DNA of 31,239 bases from a virus (taxonomy: Duplodnaviria > Heunggongvirae > Uroviricota > Caudoviricetes), in the IMG/VR virus record IMGVR_UViG_3300037245_002365; one strand, 5' to 3'. Positions 19,466 through 28,123 of the stretch are shown one piece after another. The notes beneath the pieces are model-generated. The model saw only the letters and a list, made by a program, of their open reading frames with translations. It was not told the origin of the DNA and did not search any database. Every line of letters starts with the position of its first letter. Within the stretch, counting starts at the first letter, position 1. Both the position numbers and the translations under genes were made by a program.

Positions 19466-19483
19466 AAATAACCATAAAAACAA

Positions 19484-19849
19484 ATGCCTAAAATTAATTA
19501 TGGCTTTGAAGAAGGTGTCTTAGAAACTACTGGGGCAGACCAAGAATATTTGATTCGACCAAATTACCGGATTACACGGTCATGTGGGAATTGTAAATAT
19601 TTTTGGTATCATTTTGCAAAGCAAAGGCGCGGCTTTTGTAAGCTACCAAATCCAAAAGAGAAAGACCCTAAAAAATGTTTTGGGGAAAGTTTTGATGTAG
19701 AGAGAATCTATGCCGAATGGCATAGAACGCACTCTTCTTGTTTGTGTGATAACCATGTTATGAAACCAAAAGTTTATAGCATTGGTAAGATTTCTGAATG
19801 GACAGAAAAAAAGTTTAACGCAGACGGTACATTAAAAGAAGATGACTAA
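19484..19849 (+). CDS. Hypothetical Cys-rich, probably metal-binding protein
   Basis: SCGNCKYF...GFCKL...CLCDNH. AACC motif 10 nt upstream. Confidence 0.7.
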   Translation: MPKINYGFEEGVLETTGADQEYLIRPNYRITRSCGNCKYFWYHFAKQRRGFCKLPNPKEKDPKKCFGESFDVERIYAEWHRTHSSCLCDNHVMKPKVYSIGKISEWTEKKFNADGTLKEDD

Positions 19850-20228
19850 TATATTATTATTAATCGCGTTAGTTGGGTTTATTGTTTACAGCATTAAGTT
19901 GTATAGAAAAGCAGAACTAGCCGAAAACAATTATTCTGCCTCAGTGCAGGATTACACTAAGTTGCTTTCTCAAAAGAAAAGCAGCGAGGTTAAGACAGGA
20001 CATATTGCTGAAAAGCTTGCTCCGTTCTTAAGTAATTTTCCAAAGCACTCAAAAACTGCCGACATTGTTCCAATGTTTATGCCTATAGATTATATGATAT
20101 TTGATACAGATGTTATTAAGTTTCTAGAAGTTAAATCTGGAGACGCAAGGCTAAGCAAAAAACAAAGGCATTACAGAGACCTCGTTAAAGCGGGTAAAGT
20201 GGAATGGCACGAAATGAGAATCAAATAA
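19842..20228 (+). CDS. Holliday-junction-resolvase-like PD-(D/E)xK nuclease (Endonuc_Holl/PF10107-like) with N-terminal membrane anchor
   Basis: SEVKTGHIAEKLAPFL, PIDYMIF and FLEVKSGDARLSKKQ...RDLV. Hydrophobic N-terminus ILLLIALVGFIVYSI. Confidence 0.85.
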   Translation: MTNILLLIALVGFIVYSIKLYRKAELAENNYSASVQDYTKLLSQKKSSEVKTGHIAEKLAPFLSNFPKHSKTADIVPMFMPIDYMIFDTDVIKFLEVKSGDARLSKKQRHYRDLVKAGKVEWHEMRIK

Positions 20229-20232
20229 ATAT

Positions 20233-23025
20233 ATGGATGTAAAGACCTTTAGAAAGCTGTTCGTCCATAGGGATGATTGTTATTCCGTACAAAGTGTTAT
20301 GGGCAGCTACCGATTAGAAGAGGAGAAAGTAACCGATGATGTGCTAGAAGCGCATCTTGACGGCAAAGTAACCGTAGGATTCTATCAAGTAATGCCCGTG
20401 CAAAACACTATTAAATGGGCTTGCTTGGACGTTGACTTATTAAAGGAAGTACACGGCGCTGAAGGCTATGATGTTGAGGAATGGAAACCGAAATTATTAG
20501 AACAAGCACAGATACTTAAAGACGCTTATGCGGCAAAAGGAATCCCTTCTTATATAGAATTTTCTGGATATAAGGGATACCACGTATGGACCTTCTTTGA
20601 GACACCCGTAGACGCGGGCGTTGTAAAACGAGGAATGGAAACCATATGCAAGGATTTAGTACCAGTACATAAATCCATTCTTTGGGAATACTTCCCAAAG
20701 CAAACACACGTAGCTGAGGACGGTAAGGGTAGCTTAGTAAAAGGCCCAGGGGGTTATCATCATAAGAGCAAGCAATTTAGCAAGTTCGTTGACGAAATAA
20801 ATCTCAAAGAAATCAAATACGCAGACGTTGCAAGATTTGCAAGTGTTAATAGTCCACACCAAATGGTTTTAAAGCGCTGTATGGCGATAAGAAATCTTTG
20901 GGAGAGGGCTTTAGAAACAGGCACAATGTCACATATGGACAGAATGGCTGTTAGTTTGGTATTCTCAAAAACTGAGGGTAGTAGAGAATTTCTGAAAACG
21001 GAATTATTTTCTAAACTCAAAGGCTATGATGAAAAAATTACAGATGATAATCTTAATAAAATATCAGCCAAAGTAAATGAGAACAGTGATGATCCTGGAT
21101 ACTTTCCTATAACTTGTGCAAGGCTACAAGACAGCGAATACGGAAACGTATGTACTGGAAAATGTAGCGAGATACAACGCGGAAGGAGTCCGATAGCATT
21201 CTATCATTGGGAAACCAAACAAGATAATGTAGAGTCAGACGCTATTAACAAAATGGACTTTTTGTTTAAGGCTGGAAACGCCTATTTTGAGAAGGTAACT
21301 AATCATAAGGGCGAGGTAAGTATTAAACAAATTTCTTCGTTTGTAATAGACCTACAAAAGAGATATTTAGTGTCTGATGGAATAACCGAACATATGGAGT
21401 TTGCTGGGATAATACAAGACGATGAAGTCTCAAAAGAATTCAAGATAGACTCTACAGTTTATTCAAACAATGAGAAATTGCGGGATGCAATTTATAAAGA
21501 ACTTAGTCCAGATAAATTACTTATCGATAATATAGAAACCGTAAGAAACGCAATTAACGCACACTCAGATACAGAAGAAATCAAAGTACTAAAGCAATTT
21601 GGTTATAATACAATAGATACTGTTGACCTGTACAAACAGCCAACTGTTTATAGGACACCATCTATGTGTATTACAGCAGAGGGTATTGAAGAAAACAAAG
21701 AGATTGTAATTGACTTACAGGATGAAGAATTTGGAAGAAACTTAGATTTTATAAATCTCAGTGATGAAGAATTCAAAACTGTAAAGAAAGCAATTAAAGA
21801 CGACCTCCTTACTCTTGGCGCAAAAGAAGAAACACATGTAATGTTGGCTTTTACATTCTTGCCTATAATCTTTCCATTCCTTTCAGGAGATAAAACCAAA
21901 TTCTCCTTAGAATTGAGAGGTACGACAGGAACAGGAAAATCCTATTTCCTAAAAGCGATGCAAAACTTCTATGGAGTCTTTAATCAGATTCCGACATGGG
22001 ACAGCACACCCAATTCACTTCCAAGAATTGGATACGTGTTCAAAGATGCACTATTTTCGATTGATGACTTTAAGAAAAGAACGCTGGATAAATACCATAA
22101 TGGTTACGCGGGTGCAATGACACTCTTGCAGAATTATGCAGATAACACCTCTAGAAGTCGTATGAACCAAGATAGAAGCATTGATAAAACATATATTGTT
22201 AGAGGGTGGTTGGCCATGACAGGCGAAGATACGCCAGAAGGCGAAGCATCTAACCTTGCAAGAATGTTTTTGAAAACATACCACGGGAATCCAGACGGAA
22301 TAGATCATGAAAAAGGCCATCGTACAGAACAAATACGACACTTGTATTGTGGAGTTACTCCAAGATACATTCATAAAATAATGTCAACTAATTCTGTTAT
22401 ACTAGATAAATCTTACAGAGATTATTTAGACAAGTTTTTTAAACTTGTAAAGGGCCAAATAAATGATATTAGAATCTCCAGAACAATAGCTTTGATGGCT
22501 ACTAGCTATCATCATGTTGCAGAGTTCCTTTGGCCAAAATCCGAAGCTACTGAAAATATTAAATGGTTTGAAGAATACTTATCTAATAAAATTGTAAGCC
22601 TTATTAAGGAAGCAGCCGGTGAAATGGCATCAGACAAATTCTTAGTATCTTTATCAGACATGCTAGGCGCAGGCCGTGTTAGAATGAAAAGACATAGAGC
22701 AGGAGATGGTGATGAATTAGACAGAGCACCTGTAATTGGGTTCTGGGGCAAATCAAAAGATAAAAGTCTTGCAGAAACATACCATGACGTTAACATTCCA
22801 TATGTAATAATAGGGACTGCCTACGGTCAGGTAAATAAATATTTGAAAGAGGGTGGCGGGAAACTGTCTCACTCACAAAAGGCATTATTAGAGCAACTCT
22901 ATGAAGGCGGTTATAGTCTTGACAAGGAGGCCAAACCTACTGGTTTTGGTGGCTCTAGTGTTAGGGTTATAAGACTTAAGCCAGAATATTTAAAATTCAT
23001 GGATGGAGACGAGGAAACCGAATAA
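20233..23025 (+). CDS. Primase-helicase: AEP primase domain + PriL-like Cys domain + DUF927/Cch-like P-loop helicase
   Basis: AEP motifs WACLDVD, EFSGYKGYHVW and YFPKQ. Cys cluster C...SHMDR...YFPITCARL...CTGKC...SP. Walker A GTTGTGKS and Walker B FSIDDF. Confidence 0.85.
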   Translation: MDVKTFRKLFVHRDDCYSVQSVMGSYRLEEEKVTDDVLEAHLDGKVTVGFYQVMPVQNTIKWACLDVDLLKEVHGAEGYDVEEWKPKLLEQAQILKDAYAAKGIPSYIEFSGYKGYHVWTFFETPVDAGVVKRGMETICKDLVPVHKSILWEYFPKQTHVAEDGKGSLVKGPGGYHHKSKQFSKFVDEINLKEIKYADVARFASVNSPHQMVLKRCMAIRNLWERALETGTMSHMDRMAVSLVFSKTEGSREFLKTELFSKLKGYDEKITDDNLNKISAKVNENSDDPGYFPITCARLQDSEYGNVCTGKCSEIQRGRSPIAFYHWETKQDNVESDAINKMDFLFKAGNAYFEKVTNHKGEVSIKQISSFVIDLQKRYLVSDGITEHMEFAGIIQDDEVSKEFKIDSTVYSNNEKLRDAIYKELSPDKLLIDNIETVRNAINAHSDTEEIKVLKQFGYNTIDTVDLYKQPTVYRTPSMCITAEGIEENKEIVIDLQDEEFGRNLDFINLSDEEFKTVKKAIKDDLLTLGAKEETHVMLAFTFLPIIFPFLSGDKTKFSLELRGTTGTGKSYFLKAMQNFYGVFNQIPTWDSTPNSLPRIGYVFKDALFSIDDFKKRTLDKYHNGYAGAMTLLQNYADNTSRSRMNQDRSIDKTYIVRGWLAMTGEDTPEGEASNLARMFLKTYHGNPDGIDHEKGHRTEQIRHLYCGVTPRYIHKIMSTNSVILDKSYRDYLDKFFKLVKGQINDIRISRTIALMATSYHHVAEFLWPKSEATENIKWFEEYLSNKIVSLIKEAAGEMASDKFLVSLSDMLGAGRVRMKRHRAGDGDELDRAPVIGFWGKSKDKSLAETYHDVNIPYVIIGTAYGQVNKYLKEGGGKLSHSQKALLEQLYEGGYSLDKEAKPTGFGGSSVRVIRLKPEYLKFMDGDEETE

Positions 23026-23038
23026 ACCAACATAACCT

Positions 23039-23791
23039 ATGTTTGTACACAGTCTGTTTAGTAGCAGCGAGGGCAATGCATGCTTAATTTATAATGATGA
23101 AACATCATTTATGATTGATGCAGGCATTAGCTTTAAAAAAATGGCAGCGGCCTCAACTATAGAGTTTGAGCCGAAAGCCGTATTTATAAGTCACGAGCAC
23201 TCCGATCATGTGCTTGGGGCAGGAATACTGGGACGTAAGAAAGGAACTAAAATATTTATTCCAGAAGCGTCCTTTGAGAAAAAGGCAACCTTATTTAAGA
23301 ATTGTACTGTGGAGTACATAACTGGTGGAGATATAAGAACCGTAGGTGATTTTGAAATCACATGCTTCAGCACAAGACACGATAGTCTAAATAGTGTTGG
23401 ATTCATAATTTTAGAGAAGTCAACTGATAAAAAGTTTGGCTATATCACTGATACTGGATCATTCTCCTCAATGATGAAAACGCAGTTAATTGGATGTGAT
23501 GCATACCTTTTGGAAGCAAATTATGATTCCCAAATGTTGGCGGATTATGATGATTACATCGAAGAACACAAAACAAGAATTGCCAGTCCATATGGACATT
23601 TAAGTAATGATCAAGTAATTACCTTTATTGAGGACAGCCTCAATGTAAGTAATACAAAGTGGATATTGTTTGGACACATGTCACCAAGAACAAATAGTCC
23701 AGAGATATTAATGAAATCTATTGAAGATAGATTGGGGCACTATGGAGATAAATTCTTTGTAGCGCCAACAGAAAAAGCTATGGAAATATAA
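23039..23791 (+). CDS. MBL-fold metallo-hydrolase (YycJ/WalJ-like exonuclease)
   Basis: SSSEGNA, IDAG, SHEHSDH, HDS, TDTG, EANYD, GHLSN and GHMS. Confidence 0.9.
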   Translation: MFVHSLFSSSEGNACLIYNDETSFMIDAGISFKKMAAASTIEFEPKAVFISHEHSDHVLGAGILGRKKGTKIFIPEASFEKKATLFKNCTVEYITGGDIRTVGDFEITCFSTRHDSLNSVGFIILEKSTDKKFGYITDTGSFSSMMKTQLIGCDAYLLEANYDSQMLADYDDYIEEHKTRIASPYGHLSNDQVITFIEDSLNVSNTKWILFGHMSPRTNSPEILMKSIEDRLGHYGDKFFVAPTEKAMEI

Positions 23792-23798
23792 AGTTTTA

Positions 23799-23830
23799 TT
23801 TGCTATAGCAGCGAAATCTAGTTATATTTA
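23799..23830 (+). promoter_or_regulatory. Putative promoter TTGCTA-N17-TATATT (also TTTG-N20-TATATTTA)
   Basis: Located in the 67-bp gap before the exonuclease gene. TTGCTA at 23800-23805 and TATATT at 23823-23828. Confidence 0.65.
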
Positions 23831-23858
23831 AGTATATAGCAAAACCAAAAAAAAACTT

Positions 23859-24542
23859 TTGAAAACAATAACCTTTGACATAGAAACTATCCCTCAAAGA
23901 TCAGACCTATCCCCCGCTCAAGTTGTAGAACTTGAAAAGCGAGAAAATAAATACTATTGGAACAAAGATCGTGAAGATTGCGATCAAGAAGATGTTCGTA
24001 AGATGCTTATGGGTACAAACCCATTACTCGGAGAAATAGTATGTATTGGTTTATTAGGGCATTCCGATTCAGGAGCATCAACCAGCAAATCTCTGTTCGT
24101 CACTGACGGTATAAGAGAGAAAGAAATGCTTGAAGAGTTCTGGGAAATCTTAGGAAACCCTAAAAGTAAAGGTAGTCTGTTCGTTTCGTTTAACGGACTA
24201 GGCTTTGATGTTCCTTGGATCATCAAGAGATCGATGGTAAATGGGATACTTCCTACAAACAACGAGTTTCTAAATACCCGCCGATATTTAAAGTATCCGC
24301 ATTTTGATGTCTTGCAAGTTTTGGCAGACTACTCACCCAGAGACTATATGACCCTGGATTTAGCATGTGACATGCTAGGAGTAGAAACACCAAAAGATGG
24401 CGAGATTAAAGCAGAGAATGTAGCGCAGGCTTTTAAAGACGGACAAATACAAGAAATAGCAGACTATTGTTTAAAAGACATTGAAGCTACATACAAAGTG
24501 TACGAGATAGTATCAAAATATGTACACACACAACGATATTAA
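23859..24542 (+). CDS. Stand-alone DEDDy 3'-5' exonuclease (PolB proofreading-like)
   Basis: ExoI FDIET, ExoII FNGLGFD and ExoIII YCLKD. TTG start. Confidence 0.9.
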   Translation: MKTITFDIETIPQRSDLSPAQVVELEKRENKYYWNKDREDCDQEDVRKMLMGTNPLLGEIVCIGLLGHSDSGASTSKSLFVTDGIREKEMLEEFWEILGNPKSKGSLFVSFNGLGFDVPWIIKRSMVNGILPTNNEFLNTRRYLKYPHFDVLQVLADYSPRDYMTLDLACDMLGVETPKDGEIKAENVAQAFKDGQIQEIADYCLKDIEATYKVYEIVSKYVHTQRY

Positions 24543-24554
24543 CCAAACTTATAA

Positions 24555-25502
24555 ATGAGTTTATTTGCACGGGCGGAAGCCTCTCCAGCCAGAATTAAAA
24601 TGATGGTTTATGGAAAAACGGGAACAGGAAAAACAGTCGCTTCCTTGCAATTCCCAAACCCAGTAGTTATTGATACTGAAAAAGGTACACAATACTATGG
24701 TGAACATTTTACGTTCGACAGACTAGAAACAGTTGATCCTGATAAAGTTATTGAAGCTTTGGATGAACTTATTGAAGATCCTAAAAACTACAAAACATGT
24801 ATTATTGACTCAGTTTCTGTTTTATGCGACCTCATAGTTGACAAACATACTATGCGCAAAAGACTAAAAACAGGCGATGACAATGCTGTTTTACAAGGAT
24901 TAGATTTTGGGGCAGTAAAGACTGATATTAAAGCGCTTATTAAAAGATTACTTGCCTTAGATATGAATATAATTGTAACTGCACACTCTAAAGATGTATT
25001 TGCTAAAGGCAAATTCATGGAAATAGAGGGAACAGTCCCTGAAAGTCATAAAGATCTGCCTTACGTTTTTGATGCTCTTCTTGAGTTACAAAGAGAAAAG
25101 GATACTAATAGATTCTTAGCTAGAGTAGAGAAGTCAAGAATAGATGCATTACCTGACAAAGATGAAGTATTTGAATTTAGTTATGAAAGCTTCGTTGAAA
25201 TGTTGGGCATAGAGGGCATGGAAAGAGACGCAAGTGCGTTCGAACAAAAACGTGAAATTAATGCAAGATCAGGACGAAGCACTCAAATAGAAATTGATGG
25301 CAATGAAGTCTTTACAGCAGGTATTGACTCGGAAACACTCATTAGCATTAAAGAGCTTATAAGTGATGCTGACCCAGAAGCAGTTGAGCATATGTTAAAC
25401 GAAAACTACATGGTTACTAGCCTTTTAGATTTGCGAGTAGATGAGGCAAAAGCCTTTTTAGCCGAGGTTCAATCAGCTAAACAAAATAAAGAAAATAATT
25501 AA
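24555..25502 (+). CDS. AAA_24 family ATPase (Sak4-like single-strand annealing protein)
   Basis: YGKTGTGKT, IDTEKG, IIDSVS and IIVTAH. Adjacent to a DUF669-type SSB gene. Confidence 0.85.
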   Translation: MSLFARAEASPARIKMMVYGKTGTGKTVASLQFPNPVVIDTEKGTQYYGEHFTFDRLETVDPDKVIEALDELIEDPKNYKTCIIDSVSVLCDLIVDKHTMRKRLKTGDDNAVLQGLDFGAVKTDIKALIKRLLALDMNIIVTAHSKDVFAKGKFMEIEGTVPESHKDLPYVFDALLELQREKDTNRFLARVEKSRIDALPDKDEVFEFSYESFVEMLGIEGMERDASAFEQKREINARSGRSTQIEIDGNEVFTAGIDSETLISIKELISDADPEAVEHMLNENYMVTSLLDLRVDEAKAFLAEVQSAKQNKENN

Positions 25503-25520
25503 TAAACCAAATAATAATTA

Positions 25521-25982
25521 ATGAGTCTAAATTTTAAGACATATAAGAAAGAAAATCCTAACGGACCCGGCGGAGATTTTTCTCCACTACCAACAGACCG
25601 TTATGATGTAGAAGTAGAGAAAGCAGATTTATTCATAGCAGATAGTGGCAATGCTTGCATTAAAACACAATTTGTTGTACTTTCCGATAAATTTAAAAAT
25701 AGGAAACTATGGACTAACTTTACGTTAATTCCCTCTTCAATGGGTTTTGTTTTCGCTTTATTAGAATCCAATGAGTCAGCCTTATTGGATCAAGACGGCG
25801 TCGAAAATGAAGCTATAGCTGAAGCATTGGTAGGCATGCGTTCTAACGCATATGTAGAGCCAGATAGCTATGGGGATAAGCCAGGAAATAAAATAGGCGG
25901 ATTTAAGCCAGTAAAAGGCGAGTATGGCACAGAGGAGAAAGCACCGGATGAGCCAGCAAAAGGAAGTAATTTATTCGGCTAA
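25521..25982 (+). CDS. DUF669-like single-stranded DNA-binding protein
   Basis: DFSPLPTDRYDVEVEKA...SGN...F.VL...FKNRKLW pattern and a flexible acidic tail ending NLFG. Confidence 0.8.
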   Translation: MSLNFKTYKKENPNGPGGDFSPLPTDRYDVEVEKADLFIADSGNACIKTQFVVLSDKFKNRKLWTNFTLIPSSMGFVFALLESNESALLDQDGVENEAIAEALVGMRSNAYVEPDSYGDKPGNKIGGFKPVKGEYGTEEKAPDEPAKGSNLFG

Positions 25983-26002
25983 ATAGTTGAATAATTAGTT
26001 TT

Positions 26003-26032
26003 ATGGGGTGACATTCGTGTCGCCCCATTTTT
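26003..26032 (+). terminator. Rho-independent terminator with UUCG loop
   Basis: ATGGGGTGACA-TTCG-TGTCGCCCCAT (11-bp stem with one G-U pair) followed by a T tract, right after the SSB gene. Confidence 0.9.
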
Positions 26033-26050
26033 AATTAACCAAGTGAAAGA

Positions 26051-26341
26051 ATGACAAACATATTATTTTTAAATCTGCCACATAAAGACTTATGCTCCGC
26101 CATTGATCTGCTAGAAAGCAGTAAGGATGAGTTCAGAGTTTTTGTTGCAGACACAGACGGCCTTGATCGCGAAGTAGATTTCTATGCCGGAATAAGGGTA
26201 TTTGATATGCCTTCTATTGACAATGCGGGATACACCGCTAGACTAGAAACATTAGTAGAATCCCTAGGAATAGATTACATACACGCTACCACAACAAGTA
26301 TTTTTCCACGATTAGCTAAAATTGAAGATGATAACAAATAA
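26051..26341 (+). CDS. Hypothetical protein resembling the N-terminal domain of ATP-grasp/PylC-like enzymes
   Basis: NILFL...FRVFVADTD...MPSIDNAGYTARLETLVESLGIDYIHAT. AACC motif 10 nt upstream. Confidence 0.55.
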   Translation: MTNILFLNLPHKDLCSAIDLLESSKDEFRVFVADTDGLDREVDFYAGIRVFDMPSIDNAGYTARLETLVESLGIDYIHATTTSIFPRLAKIEDDNK

Positions 26342-26354
26342 ACCATGTAAAATA

Positions 26355-26954
26355 ATGGGATTTTTTAGTTTTTTAAAACCTAAACCAAAACCAGAGATAG
26401 TAGAGATTGTAGAAGAGCCACTTTCTATAGATGACATCAGCGCTATTCTCCCGTGGCACGCAACAAGAAGTTGGTCAAAGAGAGCTTTATCTAGTGTCAA
26501 CAAGATTGTTGTGCACCAAAGCTTAACACCTAGAACAAGAAGTAGTTTTGAAAATATCAATAATTATCATATTACTCCTGGCGGTCAAAACCACATCAGT
26601 CCAAATGGTGCACCACACATATGTTACCATTATGGTATTGATGCAGATGGTAAGGTAGTGCAATTTAACAAGTTATACCAATCTGTATGGCATTGTAAGG
26701 GAGCTAATTCCACGTCCATCGGTATACTAGTTCTAGGTAATTTTTACGGCCCTACCTATGAAGGTGATGAAGTTACGCCCACAGAAGCGCAACTGTCGAG
26801 CCTTGAGAAGCTCTTAGACTTCCTAACTAGTGAAGGGACTGTTCGTGTAGACAAAGACAAGGTCTTCGGTCACAGTGCGTTTGGAAAAGAAAATTGCCCA
26901 GGGTTGGCAATAGATAAGTTTATAGAAATATATAATGAGGAAGTGACAGGATAA
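26355..26954 (+). CDS. N-acetylmuramoyl-L-alanine amidase (Amidase_2/PGRP, T7-lysozyme-like)
   Basis: IVVHQS, CYHYGI, WHCKGANSTSIGI and GHSAFGKENCPG (Zn ligands H, H, C). Start moved to ATG 26355, which removes the overlap and has AACC 10 nt upstream. Confidence 0.9.
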   Translation: MGFFSFLKPKPKPEIVEIVEEPLSIDDISAILPWHATRSWSKRALSSVNKIVVHQSLTPRTRSSFENINNYHITPGGQNHISPNGAPHICYHYGIDADGKVVQFNKLYQSVWHCKGANSTSIGILVLGNFYGPTYEGDEVTPTEAQLSSLEKLLDFLTSEGTVRVDKDKVFGHSAFGKENCPGLAIDKFIEIYNEEVTG

Positions 26955-26973
26955 TTATATCCTGGCGCTAGAA

Positions 26974-27657
26974 ATGAAGGAAGAGATAAAGAGCGGTATA
27001 TACATTATACGGAATGAACGTAATCAAAAAATGTATGTGGGTTCTGGTATAGACTTAAGAAAGCGTAAACGAGAACATAAAAATGATTTAGAGGCCAACA
27101 GACATGCTAATGGGCATTTACAGAATGCTTTTAATAAATATGGTTTAGAAGCATTCACCTTTAATGTTGTTGAGTGTGTCTTGGATGCAAATAACTTAAT
27201 TCCTAGAGAGCAGTTTTATATGGATTATTATAAAACCGCTAATGCTGTATTTGGTTATAATTTATGTTCTAAAGCAGGAAGCGTTTTAGGGTATAAACAT
27301 ACCGAAGAATCTCGCAAACAAATGTCAGAAGCACATAAAGGTAAAAAACTTTCTGAAGATACTAAAAAGAAAATGTCAGAAGCGCACAAGGGTAAAAAAC
27401 GCTCTATAGAAGTATGTAGTAGACTGTCAGAAGCGCATAAAGGCAAAAAGCTTTCTATGGAAACTCGTAAAAAAATGTCAGAATCAAAAAAGGGCGAAAA
27501 AAACCAAGAATCAAAACTAAGTGAAGTTAATGTGATAGAAATAAGAAAGTTAATCTCTAGTGGAAGTACATTACAAGACATAGGAGATATATTTGACGTA
27601 ACAGCGCAAGCGATTTACGCAATAAAATGCGGAAAAACCTGGTCTCACATTAAGTAA
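26974..27657 (+). CDS. GIY-YIG homing endonuclease with NUMOD3 repeats and C-terminal HTH
   Basis: SGIYIIRN...YVGS, HLQNAFNKYG, REQFYMD, GYNL, repeated SEAHKGKK and terminal LQDIGDIFDVTAQAIYAIKCGKTWSHI. Confidence 0.93.
   Translation: MKEEIKSGIYIIRNERNQKMYVGSGIDLRKRKREHKNDLEANRHANGHLQNAFNKYGLEAFTFNVVECVLDANNLIPREQFYMDYYKTANAVFGYNLCSKAGSVLGYKHTEESRKQMSEAHKGKKLSEDTKKKMSEAHKGKKRSIEVCSRLSEAHKGKKLSMETRKKMSESKKGEKNQESKLSEVNVIEIRKLISSGSTLQDIGDIFDVTAQAIYAIKCGKTWSHIK
27322..27501 (+). repeat. Four 51-bp coding tandem repeats (NUMOD3)
   Basis: (a/c)tgtcagaa... units start at 27322, 27373, 27424 and 27475. Confidence 0.85.
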
Positions 27658-28121
27658 TGGCCTCTCGTGGATCAGACTTAGAGAAGCGTGTTAATAAAGC
27701 AAATACTCTATATAAAAAAGAGAAAAGCGCATTAATAATGAAGGTGGCAGTACCTATACTTTACACACGTAAAGGCATGGTTGCAACATCCTCTACAGTT
27801 GACTATACCGGAGTGTTAAATGGTGGGCGTTTCTTGGCAATGGATGCTAAAGAAACACAAAGTAAAACATCATTTGCATTAAAGAATATCCACCAACACC
27901 AACTTACATATTTACAATATGTTAGGGATCTTGGTGGAATTGCATTTTTTTTAATACATTTCAAAAAAGTTCATTCAGATAAAGCATACATTGTGCCAAT
28001 AGAAAAGGTAGAAGAGTATCAAGTTGAAGGTATGCGTAAAAGCATACCAATTAAAGAGTTTCTACCTGAATGGCTTGTTGATATAGACAATTATCTAGAA
28101 AATATACAACCAAAACAATAA
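27657..28121 (+). CDS. recU: Holliday junction resolvase RecU
   Basis: RGSDLE, STVDYTGV, AMDAKET, NIHQHQLTYL and GGIAFFLIHF. Confidence 0.92.
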   Translation: MASRGSDLEKRVNKANTLYKKEKSALIMKVAVPILYTRKGMVATSSTVDYTGVLNGGRFLAMDAKETQSKTSFALKNIHQHQLTYLQYVRDLGGIAFFLIHFKKVHSDKAYIVPIEKVEEYQVEGMRKSIPIKEFLPEWLVDIDNYLENIQPKQ

Positions 28122-28123
28122 TA

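Noticed and set aside
23847-23855. A9 homopolymer before the TTG start as a phase-variation switch
   Set aside because: A-runs are common in this AT-rich sequence and there is no read-level evidence of length variation.
27322-27501. Regularly spaced repeats as a CRISPR array or iterons
   Set aside because: The 51-bp in-frame units vary at synonymous positions and encode NUMOD3 motifs.
26955-27657. Possible group I intron around the GIY-YIG gene
   Set aside because: The flanking amidase and recU genes are each complete, with only a 19-bp gap upstream and a TAATG overlap downstream.
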